Shown piece after piece: positions 40,768 through 54,076 of a stretch of DNA of 64,000 bases. This stretch comes from Eledone cirrhosa (Eukaryota): contig OZ024743.1 in the NCBI GenBank assembly GCA_964016885.1, forward strand, positions 148,304,001 through 148,368,000. Reading direction: 5' to 3'. Below the pieces are notes generated by a model that worked only from the letters and a program-made list of their open reading frames with translations, made no database searches and was not told the DNA's origin. The translations under genes were made by a program, and so were the position numbers. The stretch's first letter is position 1. Every line of letters starts with the position of its first letter.

Positions 40768-40801
<34 letters not shown>

Positions 40802-40803
<2 letters not shown>

Positions 40804-41049
40804 TAGAAAATAGAAATAGCTTTCACCGTATATATATACGATGTGTTGGGGTAATGGTAGCACAGTGGTCGCGATAACCAAAGATGTGGGGTCAACTCCC
40901 ATGTACATCAATACTCATTTTTTCCATTTATCTGAGGGTTCTAAACCCCATTATCAGGCTAAAATTCCTTTAGTCAAAAATACGGTGAAAGCTATTTCTA
41001 TTTTCTAATTTCAAACCTGCTCACTGTTTCAAAACATACTTACTTGCCA
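40802..41049 (+). mobile_element. Second member of tRNA-like-containing (TA)n element family
   Basis: Inverted 29-bp end (40802-40830 = reverse complement of 40981-41009), cloverleaf 40840-40910, tail 41010-41049. Confidence 0.8.
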
Positions 41050-41089
41050 TATATGTATATATATAAATATACAAATAAATATATATGTA

Positions 41090-41244
<155 letters not shown>

Positions 41245-41924
41245 ATAATAGTCACAGTTATATATGCAAGCAATGTAATGAATTGAATATAATAAAATAT
41301 GAATGAAGGATGTATAAAGTTAATTGTACAAAAGGGTTGAGTTCATCTACAAAAGCTGATAGCTGCAGAGGAATATCAGCAGTAAATAACCATTTGTTAT
41401 TTTTTAAAAACAGATTTCTAAGGAAGTCGCAAACTTGGCAACACAAAAGGCATGACAAAGACATACGTTGTTTGATAGCAAAGCATCCAACTTAACAAGC
41501 TGCCTTAGATGAAGCAGAAGCAATAGAGTACAAGGGATAAAACATAGAGTATTGTTCAATAGTATAATAGCAAACAACTGAATGCATTGTAATGTTCTGA
41601 ATACCTTTAGCACAATTTTACAATGTTTCTTAAAAATATGTTTACACATATGTACATAGATGCATACGTACATACATATATACTTACATACCTACCTACA
41701 TACAGACATACATATGTACATGCATACAATCAGACATACATACTCGGACACATACATTTACACACACATACATATGTACATACATACCTACATATGTACA
41801 TACATACATACATACATACATACATACATAATTACATAAATAATTCATATACTCTAACATACAAATGTGTATAGATTCATTTGCATATAAGTACATACAC
41901 CTAAAGAGAGGCATATATACATAC

Positions 41925-41977
<53 letters not shown>

Positions 41978-42465
41978 CATACATACATACATACATACAT
42001 ATGTACATACTTATCAAGCATATAAATGTAAAGAAGGCGAAGTTCAAGGATTCTTACTTCCCTGTTACCTATACATTGGACAGGCACACTCATACACATA
42101 CACACACACACTCACTCACACACACAAGCACACACACTATATATATCTATTTTGTCTGTGCATTTTTCCTTTGCTTTTGTCATTCATTTATGTTGTCGTT
42201 GTTGATGTTATTGTTGCAGAGTTTTGTCATGCACTCTTGGTGCGCATTAAAATGTTTAGGGTTGGAAACAAAAATAACAAAAAAAAAATAATAATAATAA
42301 AGAAGTGTTCTCATGCTTGTTATTATTATTATTATTAAGATGATGGTAATGATGATATCGTTGACAAGAATAAACATGGCCAAGCTCATCACCATCATCA
42401 TCATTAATGCCTCCATCACTATCAGCATCATCACCACTAACAATGAAAGTGATGACAATAACGGT

Positions 42466-42529
42466 GAAGAAGAAGAAGAAGAAGAAGAAGAAGAAGAAGA
42501 AGAAGAAGAAGAAGAAGAAGAAGAAGAAG

Positions 42530-42584
<55 letters not shown>

Positions 42585-42597
42585 TCAACAACAGCAA
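42466..42597. repeat. Compound (GAA)n(CAA)n microsatellite
   Basis: Direct reading; also (TAA)n at 42893-42948 and (GAA)n at 45638-45692. Confidence 0.95.
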
Positions 42598-42759
42598 GGT
42601 GGAGGTGCAGGAGGAAGAGCAGAAGCAAATTTTTTTTGTCATTGTAAAACAGACATGCCGCACACTACTTCCAACCAATACTACATATATATTTACATAC
42701 ATACGTATACACATACATACATATATACATACATACCTACATTCATACAAACACACAAA

Positions 42760-42802
<43 letters not shown>

Positions 42803-42891
42803 TAACCATAATACTAAAACTACAGCTAATGTTATTACTGATAGTAGTAATGTGATAATAAAACTACTATTACTACTATTACTACTAGTGC

Positions 42892-42950
<59 letters not shown>

Positions 42951-44405
42951 TCAACAACAATAATGAATTAACAAAAGGGAGAAAACAACAACCAAAATGC
43001 ATTTTTTTAAATAAAGGTAAGAAAGAAAGAATAAATGAAAGAAAGGAAGAAGACCAGAAAGAAAAAAAGAATTTCAATGGTAATAGCATGTTTCAATTGT
43101 TTTCCGTGAATGCATGGAAGAGATTGCCCAGAAGGTAGGGAAATGTGTGCTGCAAAAGTGCCAACGTTCTGTTAGAAAATGCCAAGACTAACAGCTTTGT
43201 TATGAAAGAAGACTGATGGAAAAGAGGGGGCAAAATTTTTCGAATGTTGAACAATTCTGTTAAGAGGTAAGGGTGGGTGAGTTTTTTGGTTTGTGATTTT
43301 AATAAAGTTTGTTGTAAAAGAAAGTTTAAAATAAAAATATTTTATTGAAATACAACAAAATTCTCTTTTATAATAAATGTAAAATCTATATACGTATATA
43401 TAAAATTAATCAAACAAATATATTTTTAGGAAAATGTAATTCCTTGTAAATTTTTTAATGGGAAGTAAGAAGCTATTCCTTTACAACAACTAACCCTTAC
43501 ATCATCTTACTATCCATACAATCACACTATAATCATACTAACATGCATATATATATAAATATACACACACATATACATAACAAGCTAAGGATTCAACCTG
43601 CTAGAAATAGCAGCTAAATTTCCTTCAAATAGAGCCTACTGTCTTAGCAGAGGATACATTGCATAATGATGCTGAGTTCCCTGCATGGAAAAAGAAAAAA
43701 AAAAGACATGATGGTTTCAGCTGGAAAACATTTGATCTTGAACAACTGAACACATATTTAAACTAACATTGTTTTGTTAATCATCCTTGAATTTATCTGC
43801 CTACAGATACCAAAACCTCTCTTACAACTCATGCTAATTCAACAATAACAGCAATGTTACAAACTGAGAAAATCTGCTAGAAATAACAACCACATTTCTC
43901 TCAAATCAGACTCTATCATCTTAAATAAAAAGGAATACATTGCAGAATGTAAGGTGGCAGATTGCCAGAGCTGTTAGAATGTCAAACAGAATGCTTTGCA
44001 GTATTCGTTCTGGCTCTCTGCAGTCTGAGTTCAAATCCCACTGAAGTCAACTTTGCTTTTCATCCTTTCAAGATCAATAAATAAAGCACCACTCCAGTAC
44101 TGTGGTTGATAATTCCTTTATATCTCTTTCTCCATTTCCTCTCTATCACTCACACTCCTTCTTTGGACGAAATCATCTGTGTTCAAATCTGGAAAGGAGA
44201 TGAACTCTACCAGGTTTGAAATGCCCCCAAAACGCAGTACTATGTCACTACAGTGTCTTTACAACTCGATCAGTAGCTATGTGTCCATCCATACATACAT
44301 ACACACACATATACATACATACACACACACATACATACACACGCACATACATACATACACACATACATAAAATCATACATTGGAGAATGTATGTGTCCTT
44401 ATTAA

Positions 44406-44750
44406 TCATCATCATTTCATCATCATTTTACATCCACTTTTCCCTGCTTGCAAGGGTAGGACGGCAACTGATTCTGGCTTGATTTCTACAGCTGGATGCC
44501 CTTCCTAACACCAACCTCATTTACAGTGAGTGCTGGGTGCTTTTTTTTCCGTGGCACCTCCACGACCACTTTACAGTGGAATGATTTGGACCCCAGTCCC
44601 TATCATCTCATTTCTACAGCTGAGTAAACTGGAGCAATGTGAAATAAAGTGTCTTGCTCAAGGAAACAACACATCACCCGGTCTGAGAATTGAACTCACA
44701 ACCTTTTGATTGCAAGGCCAATGCTCTAACCACTAAGCCATGTGCCTCCA
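44406..44750 (-). mobile_element. tRNA-derived SINE (same family as 19022-19368)
   Basis: Near-identical sequence. Confidence 0.9.
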
Positions 44751-46529
44751 TTTTATTACAAAACAAAAAACAATGTGATATTCAAGGCTGTAATGCCTTT
44801 GACAAAAGGTTTACTTACTAATGAGGAATAACCAGAGGCTAAAAAACAATGACACTATGAATATCACAACCAACAGCTTTCCCATAAGTTAGCAAGGAGG
44901 CAGCCGCTATCTATTAATAGCAGTAATATCTCCCACAAATCACATGCTAATTACATAAAAGAGGAATTCAATGCCCCAGATCACACCATAACATCTTATA
45001 TAAGAACAGGAGACATTAGATAATGTCATTCAACACACCCATAAAAAGATGAGATGCTTGAGGCTGGAATGTCATGGAACATAAATCTGCTTGGTCAGGA
45101 CTGCCAGAATAACACAACCACCAACAATAACAATAAAATATCAACAATAGAAATCCAACACCAAAAAGAACAATACAATACCACCACCACTACTAAAACG
45201 AGTAGCAATAAAAATTGATTTCATGTTTTGTGCATGTTCCAAGAATAGGGGGGGGACTACCTTTAAATTGTTTTCTCATGGAAAATGTACTGGGGGTGGT
45301 TGTGTTGAGGTAGGGTTGTAGCTGTGTGTAGAAAAAGGAGAGGTGGGGTTAATTTGGGTTTTTAAAGTATAAGAACAAAACAAAAGTCCTCCTTCACTCA
45401 CAACTCCTTGCCTTATGGAAACAAACTGTAAAAGTATTTATTTATTAAGGTCATGGAAGAATGAATAGAAAAATATTTGATGACAATGGAAGCAACAAAT
45501 TGTATTGGGTCGGCATGGGTGGATGCATGGAAGCGAGATTAACAAAGGAAAAGATTTGATACATTTTTCAACAAACAACTTCAAAACATTGCTTCAGCTG
45601 CTGCTATGAATAGTGGTGGTGATGGTGGTAGTGATGGAGAAGAAGAAGAAGAAGAAGAAGAAGAAGAAGAAGAAGAAGAAGAAGAAGAAGAATGATATGA
45701 TGACAACTATATGTATTGGTGATGTCAGTAATGATGTTCGCTGGTGATGATGATGTTGATAATGGTGATGATGATACAAAACAATATGAATTTAAAGAAC
45801 TGAAGAGAAATAAAAAATATTCGTTTAAGAAAATATTAAATAAATAAACATTTTGTGAAGTATTTTTATTAATTGATTTTTTTAAACGTTATGCATTTGT
45901 GCATCTTCTTTTTACAGATTGCGAATGTTATTATTATTGTTATTAGTTCTCTGCTGGTTAGGTGTGAGCGAGGATTTCAATAAAGCATTTTAGCTTTGGT
46001 TATTTTAATAAAGAATACAGAGCATTCTTTATTTATTAATATTTGTTTATTTATTTGTAGGGGTTAAGTATTTTATTATGAAAGGAAAATAAGGAATTTT
46101 GGGTTTGGTTTGTGGGAACAAAAAATAAATAAAAATAAGAGAAATGTGTGTGTGTTAGTAAAAACCTGCTTGATAATTGATACATTGAATGATATGTTTA
46201 CCACAGATATTTCTAAAATAACATTTTGTTAAAATACTTCTACCTCCAGCGTTTTAATATGATATATTTTCAGTAAAACTGCTTTGAGGAGGTAAAGGAA
46301 CTTTAGCCCAAAAGATTCAGGAAGAAAGCTTCTGTACAGATATTCAACATGATAGAAACAGTAACAAAATCTCCCTCAAATCCAATGACATCATTGTAAC
46401 AGTTGTAGGACAACAATGGATGATGTAGTGCCAGATTAGAAACTATCAAAGGAAACTGTTGGTGGCTTGTGTCATGAAAAACTGTGTTTATTGTTATAAA
46501 GGTAAAATCACTTATGTTGATTTGTTCAG

Positions 46530-47510
46530 AAATCAATGTAAAATCTTATTGATTGAAATAAAAACCATTTGAATCTAAATATCTTTGACAAAATACAAGT
46601 TTATTTATTCTGCTAACAGAATTCTGAAGTTCTGGAGGCAATGAAATCTTCTAAGATATTTTTTGTGGTTTTCACTTGCAAAAGGTTGGAATTCTCGGAA
46701 AGGTAGTGTTTGGTTGTTGAAAGATTTGATATGTACGCCAGATGAAACAAAGTTTCATAACCCAATGTGTTTAACTTCCAGAACTTTGGTTGTGTGCTGT
46801 GTGGTCAAGCATTGTCATGCAAGATGATTGGATCTTTTATATTTGTTAATGCTGGACATATGCTGTAATTTAATAAGCATTTTATTAATTTGGGGAAAAT
46901 ACTTCTCTGCTCTGATTGTTTTGCAAGGATTCAGAAAGCTAAAGTGGATTAATCCAGCTCCAGACCACCAAACATTGACATAAGCTCCTTTAGATGTAAC
47001 TAGCTTTGGAATTATTTTAGGAACTTCATTTTGGTCCAACTATTGTGCAATTCATCACTGATTGTTGTATAGCATCCACTTTCCATTGTACATGGAAATA
47101 ATCATTTTTCTGGTTTACATTCAATTCATGTGACATCCATTTTTCAAGCTTATTTGACGTTCCAATTTGGTTGAAGTGTTCAGAAATTGTTCCAATAGTT
47201 ACATCTAGCTCTCCTAAAAGTTCTCAAACATTTGTGTAAGTATTTGCTTCTATTATATCCTTTGATTCATTGTCATCAGTGGCAGGAGGATGTTCATGGC
47301 CTTCCTTATCTTCAAGCAAGAATTTACTACGAAGGAGTTTCTGAAAGCCTTGTTGCACTGTGCATTCATTCACTCTTTCCTGTCCCCAAACTGCATTGAT
47401 ATTTGTGTTGCACTACCAAGTTTAAACTTATAGGAATACATTTGCTAAAACTCCTGTTTTGACTTTTTTTAAAATCCCAGTTATACAATGTCTGAAAATA
47501 ATATGGTACA
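46530..47510 (-). mobile_element. Degraded mariner transposon
   Basis: VWWSGAGLIHFSFLNPCKTIRAEKY matches the mariner transposase core; many stops. Confidence 0.8.
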
Positions 47511-47759
47511 GTCATGACTCACATTGGGACTGTCCATTCAATTTTCAGTCAGCACTGAACCTTAGCATTGAACATCTTGCTTGCCATACCTGAGTCTGGT
47601 TATGGAGTACTGTTTCTGAGTCAGACTAACAAAGGAGCCAATATCTAGTTATTTAACTAGGTAATGTAGCAGTCAATCTTTATCAAATCACCCACTACAA
47701 CTTTACATGTAGAGAATTGCCCAGAATGATGATAAGAATGATGATGATAACAATAATAT

Positions 47760-49320
47760 TTTTCAAAAACTCTAGCAGTCGGTTAGGTGAAGCATTAATT
47801 TACCTCAGATCACAAAGGCCCTGATGACAAAGGCTCAATATATTGCACAGGATTAGGGATGGTAGAAATCTGGGCACTGCTTATGAAGTCAAGGGTCCAA
47901 TGGCTTTTGATGAAAGACATAAGGCATTTAAGGGCCATGCCTAGTGCCGCAATGAAAATTGGCACAATTTCTGTCTCTACTTGGTGCGCAGTTTTAATAG
48001 CGCCAGCAAGGTCTGCATACTTATTGATTGTTTCCATTTTCTTTCCAGCCACATTGTGGTTTTGAGGGACCACAATATGAATCAGAATCCATTTTGGGGT
48101 TGTTTGTTTTTACAACAATATCAGGGCGGTTGTGTTGGACTTTATGCTCTTGAAATCAAGGTCCTAAAATGACTCTATTCCCTCACATAATAGGCAGGAT
48201 GCAAAAAGAGTGTGTTCGTACTACTGACATTGTGTTAGGATGAATTTTTTACACAACTCCCAATGAATTCTTTTCACTATAAGACAATGTTGGATTTTGT
48301 AGCATCATCATCATCATCATCATCATCGTTTTTCTTAATTGCTTACACCCACTAGCAATATTTGCTACAAATTTGTCTACTTTATGGCATCTCTGCAAAG
48401 TGGGGTGCAATTTTGTCCTTTGATGTTAGCTTTTAACGAAATGGTCCTGAGTGTCTGGTTTTGTGTGGCAGTAATAATAACCTCAGTTCTCTTTTTAACC
48501 CAGCCTGACCTAAAACAAAGGCAGGACCTTGGATCAGCAATGCTTTTAATGGCAGCTCGAAATTTGCCATGAAGAGCCTTTTCTTTCCATGCCTATCCTT
48601 GTTTCTCTCTAAAGGCTTTGTTGAATGGTTTCTTACCTTGACTTTCGGTTACAAATTTTACCTTCAGAACCTCTCTGAGTAGTGGTTCTTTAGTTAAAGT
48701 TAGTTAGTCTCACTTACAGCATGCACAATGCTCAACCAAAATTATGCCTCTCCCTCCTTCTATCCTCATAATGTAAAGCCTTGCAATATTTGCTCTTGGG
48801 TGTAAGCATCCAATGCACATTAAGGTCTTGTTTGTGCATCTATCAATTCTTTCAAGGTCTTGTTTCATCTAAGTAATTATTCCAGCACTATATCTCACTA
48901 CTCTGAAGCCCATTATTTTATTCAAGATGGATTGGCAGTATCGGTCGAGGGTCGAACTCCATGCTTTCCAGCATAGTTACGTCCCTTTACGATCTGAGTT
49001 CAAATCCCGCCGAGGTTGACTTTGCCTTTCATCCTTACGGGGTCGATAAAATAAAGTACCAGTAATGCACTGGGTAATTGCTGGCCTTGTGCCTAAAGTA
49101 GAAACAATTATTTTATTCAAGATGTAAAATTTCCTGCATGCACTTTTGACAATTTTCTCGCTCTCCCAATGTACTTTTTTTCAATCTTTTTCTTCATTTC
49201 ACCTGTTCTAATTCCTCCATCCTGCAACATGCACAAGTATTTGTAACCTGATTTTTCAATTTGTGACATTCTTTCACCATCAGGCATTTCAATATAATTG
49301 ATCTCAACCAATTTGTGAGG
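47760..49320 (-). mobile_element. R4/Dong-clade non-LTR element (RT C-terminus + restriction-like endonuclease), degraded
   Basis: YKYL, PDIVV..KYADLA..IVPIFIAALG motifs; interrupted by a SINE at 48930-49106. Confidence 0.8.
48930..49106 (+). mobile_element. Nin/Deu-domain SINE nested in R4 element
   Basis: Nin domain; target-site duplication attattttattcaagatg at 48912 and 49107. Confidence 0.88.
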
Positions 49321-49357
49321 AGCAATCCATCAGAAAAGGAGATATAATGATAATAAT

Positions 49358-49790
49358 AATAATTGTTTCTACTTTTTGGCACAAGGCCAGCAATTACCCA
49401 GTGCATTACTGGTACTTTATTTTATCGACTCTGTAAGGATGAAAGGCAAAGTTAACCTCGGCGGGATTTGAACTCAGAATGGCAAGGGCCGTAACCCTAT
49501 GCGTCAAAGCATGGCGTCCGACCCTCTACCGATTCTGCCAATCCACCGCCATAATGATAATAATAATAATGATTTCTGATTTAGGCACAAGTCCAGCAGT
49601 TTTCGGGGATGGGAAAAGTTGATTAAATCGACCCCAGTGCATTAATGGTGCTTTATTTTATAGACCCTGTAAGGATGAAAGGCAAAGCTAACCTCGGTGG
49701 GATTTGAACTCAGAACATAAAGGGCCATAACTCTATGCTGCAAAGCATGTTGTCTGACGTTCTACCAATACTGCCAAACCACTGCTAATA
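49358..49790 (-). mobile_element. Two tandem Nin/Deu-domain SINEs
   Basis: Copies at 49358-49550 and 49565-49790, separated by (TAA)n. Confidence 0.85.
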
Positions 49791-49799
49791 ATGATATTT

Positions 49800-50560
49800 C
49801 AGAATTCAGAGATCCACAGATATGGAACTGACTAAAGAAAAGGGACCTTAAGAAAGCCAAAGAGGGAATGTTACTGGCTGCACAAGAGCAACCCCTTAGA
49901 ATGAAATGGATAAAACACCATATTGACTAGGAGGATGATAGCCTGCTCTGTATGAAAATGTGGCTCACATCATATATGAGTGTTAACACCTAGCCTAGAT
50001 TCACTATAATGAATGGAGGCATGACACCATATGAAATGTGGTTCACTGGCATTTATGCAAACTGAACAAATTACTTCATTATGAGCATAAGCCAAAGTCG
50101 GTGAAAGAAAATGACCAGTTGAAGGTGTTGTTGAATTTCAGGATACGAATGGAGAAAGAATTGGAACACAATAGGCCTGACTTGCTTTTTGACCAGGAAA
50201 ACAGATTTTACTTGATTATAGATGTAGCTTGCTCCTTTGACACAAGAGTGTAAGAAAAGAAGGAGAAAATTAACCAGTGCCAGGATTTAAAGTGGGAACT
50301 CTAAAGGATTTGGAATTGTCATGTGATCAAGGTTGTCCCATCATCATATGAGCACTAGGTACTATATCGAAGAGATTCCAAGGCTGGTTAAAGACCATTA
50401 GCCCAGCCTTCTTTTTTTAGAACACTCTAGAAGGCATGCCTACTGGAAACCGCAAGGACCCTCTGATATGTCCTGCATATCTGAGGCTGCAGACAGCGGC
50501 TTGATGTTTATTAGGGCAAATTCTCTGGTTAAATAACATCAATGGCTGAGATATCAAAGT
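49800..50560 (+). mobile_element. R4/Dong-clade element 3' part (CCHC + restriction-like endonuclease)
   Basis: LLAAQEQ, RHD, VHWHLCK, HNRPDLL..IIDVAC, VPIII.ALG; ends in (TAA)n. Confidence 0.85.
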
Positions 50561-50579
50561 AATAATAATAATAGTAATA

Positions 50580-50961
50580 ATAATTGTTTCAACTTTAAGC
50601 ACAAGGCCAGCATTTTAAAGGGGAGGGGAAAGTTTATTATATGACAACAGTGCTTACAGATACATTATTTTATTGACCCACTAAGGATGAAAAGCAAAAC
50701 TAATCTTGGTTAAATTTTAATTCAGAATGCAAAGCATATCATCCGACACTACCACATACTGCCAATAATAATAATTGTTTCTACGTTAGGAACAAGGCTA
50801 GCAATTACCCAGTGTATTACTGGTACTTTATTTTATCGACCCCGTAAGGATGAAAGGCAAAGTTAACCTCGGCGGGATTTGAACTCAGAATGGCAAGAGC
50901 CGTAACTCTATGTGTCAAAGCATGGCGTCCGACCCTCTACCAATACTGCCAATCCACCGCC
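50580..50961 (-). mobile_element. Two tandem Nin/Deu-domain SINEs
   Basis: Copies at 50580-50765 (old) and 50772-50961 (young). Confidence 0.85.
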
Positions 50962-51339
50962 CTTCATAATAATGGAAGAAGAACAGTGACACATTATACA
51001 CGCTGCCTCACTTGAGGGTAAGGTTTTGTCCAAATTTGCATGATGACACTGGCCGCGATCAGTCCAAAATAATACTATTGGTTTCCATAAGGGACTAGGC
51101 AAGTGGTGAATAACAATAAACTACAATAATTTTCTGCATGAAAGAGACTATTGGGGGCCTTCCAATGTCCATCCTCTCCTAATCCCCTGAAAAAAATTCA
51201 AAATGGCTTTTCCTAAAATTCAAAATGTTATAAGTATATACATACAATCACACACACATATATATAAATATACACACATACATATATATGTATACACACA
51301 TAAATATATATATATATATATTTATATGCATATATATAT

Positions 51340-51411
51340 AAGTATGTATGTATGTATTTAAGTAAGTGCTGTACTAAGAGTGAGAAATGAAATTTCGTTT
51401 CATTCTATTCC
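51340..51411 (+). mobile_element. 3'-terminal fragment of the 441-bp hammerhead repeat family
   Basis: Reverse complement of 17700-17770; ends at the same position as the 22349 copy. Confidence 0.8.
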
Positions 51412-51412
51412 A

Positions 51413-51464
<52 letters not shown>

Positions 51465-51482
51465 CATATATTTATATATCTA

Positions 51483-51591
51483 TCTAGGGCGGGTAAAATT
51501 CCCGAGATCCATGGATGAGTTCTCTCCAGCGGTCTCTGTACCTCATTATCGCTGCCATGTCCTGCATCTCCAACAGACCAGTGTCTGTCCT

Positions 51592-51654
<63 letters not shown>

Positions 51655-52261
51655 TGGCTGCCAACTCGTTTTCGAGTACGGCCACTACTTTATATCCATG
51701 TAGGAGAACCCCTACTGATGTGCTAAACGAGTGTGACTTTTTAGTCCAGCCAGCGACTTGAAAACTCTGGTACAAACACTACACTTGTGACAATTATTGA
51801 CACATAGTGCTAGGCCCATGGTACCATGTGACGACAAGTGCAGAGAGATCTCCAGATATAAAGCAATGCCTGTGCCGTGAAGCTTTTATAGTGAGCAAAA
51901 GCACTGCAAAAAAGCCAGTCCCACTCTCTTAACCAAGATGATATTTACCAAAAAGAAGAACAAGTCAACATCATTGGATACCATCAGGGTTGCAGGTGTT
52001 ATATCAGAGTTTTCCTTCTCCTAGAATTCTGCCTTGACAAAGGCTAAGGTGTCATCTCTCCCGGTGATTTTGGATGGCCATTGACTCTTAATAGCTCCTT
52101 TGCCCTTTGACAGGTTTTGTTTTTAGTCCTGCAGGATGTCCAAAGTCACCCTCCTCACCAAGAAACCTTGGTGGGGTTGCCAGTTTAGTCGCCAACGACC
52201 CGACCATGAGACAGGTTGTACTGGGATACATGTTACCAGTAGCACCAGCTGGTGACCTGAC
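51483..52261 (-). mobile_element. RTE-related element pieces (3' end at 51483-51595; 5'UTR-like 51653-52261)
   Basis: [22 protein letters not shown] resembles an RTE C-terminus; HDV-like fold at 52180-52261. Confidence 0.55.
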
Positions 52262-52306
52262 ATATATATATATATATACATATATACATACATATATATA
52301 CATATG

Positions 52307-52367
<61 letters not shown>

Positions 52368-52370
<3 letters not shown>

Positions 52371-52440
52371 TCAGAAGATCCCGTTAAGGGTGAAAGCAGC
52401 GATTCTTTGCTTAAACTTTAATCTGTTATTTTAATAAATA
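52368..52440 (+). mobile_element. Solo 73-bp 3' end (hammerhead-like + AATAAA) of the 53-56 kb PLE
   Basis: Nearly identical to 56512-56584; flanked on both sides by (TA)n. Confidence 0.9.
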
Positions 52441-52983
52441 TATATATATATATATACATGCATATACAGAGTAAATGGGGAAGATGTTAACCAGCATGTA
52501 TTTTTCATTCCCATGTTGTTATATCTTAGTCACATAACTTGGCTTAGGGCTTATATACAATTAAAATTACCAAAATACAGTGAGTTGTGGAGAGGGTTGG
52601 AAAAGTAAGATAAACTATAGCAAAAAACAAATACAACAAAAACAGCAACAGACCAGAAAATTCACAAAAGTATACAAAGAAAAAAAACAAAAAGCTAAAG
52701 TATGTAAGAAAGAACACCCCTTCACCTGCCTATCTTCACTGTCTCCCTTCAGGTTCCACCACCATTGCTTTTCCATGCTGACCTCCCACCCTCTGTAACT
52801 TGAGATCAACTTATTTTTCCCTCCTCTTGACAGGACAATAAATCAAGAAAGATTTTATATTGCAATTATTTAAAGCAGCTGTTTTTCTTGGACACTTTCC
52901 TCTTTTCTCCAACAGCTCACTGTTTGTGTATTTATGTATATGTGTGCATTTACATATGCATGTATGTATGCATGTATGTATGC

Positions 52984-53083
<100 letters not shown>

Positions 53084-54076
53084 TAAAATAACAGATTAAA
53101 GTTTAAGCAAAGAATCGCTGCTTTCACCCTTAACGGGACCTTCTGAAACTAACAAAGTCAATCTGTAAACGCAGAAGTGGATATTTAAAAAACGTTGCAA
53201 CCGGAGGAAGACAGGAAGACGATACTTTGGTTCGTGGAAACGCTCGCTGGCAAAGAACGGGAAAAAACGAATAAGATACGTCATTAATAGGAGCGGTGAA
53301 AAACAATTACGCGCAAAGACAGAACCACGTTTATGGTATAAAAGTGGTCGTAGACTAATGTTCTCTTAGGTGGTTCATAGAGACGTTCTCCGGCAATGAA
53401 TGAAAAAAACGAAGATAATACGTCATAGGTGGATCGTGGAGAACAATAGCACGCAAAGACAAAACCACGTAAATGGTATAGCAGAAGTCGTAGACTAAAA
53501 TTCTAACTAGGAGACCGAATGAATCTCCGCTACAGAGTTAAGAACAAAGTAAATAAATACAATACAGAAGTAATAGAAATAAATAAATACATACCCGCTA
53601 ACAAATACGTACATACACAAGCAAACGCAAAACACTTACCATAGGTATACAAAACCACGCACATATAAATATGTGTGTGTGTGTATGCGTGTGTACAAAT
53701 AAATAAATAATTAAATAAATACGTATATAACAAGCGCACACACATACCTCCATGTAAATACATGAATGTTCGGAGACGTAAGTCAAGCAAAACATGAAAT
53801 ACACATATACACACACCCTACATACGTACGAACCTGCATACTCACACAGACGCAAAACTCCTGTATACACATAGCCAAACCATAGGTACCAGAATAAAAA
53901 AAATAAAAAATGTATACGCCATAACATAAACAATCAAATATACGTACGGGAAGGTATAGGTAACTTCACGAAACATACGGGTAATATATACTTACCTATG
54001 CAAATAAGTAATTGTATAAACAAAACATATACTTAGCTCCCACATCAAGACGTAAAATATCCACGTTTAGATCGTA

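Noticed and set aside
42313-42855. 180-aa polyE/polyQ ORF
   Set aside because: It is made entirely of compound microsatellites, with no splice or codon evidence.
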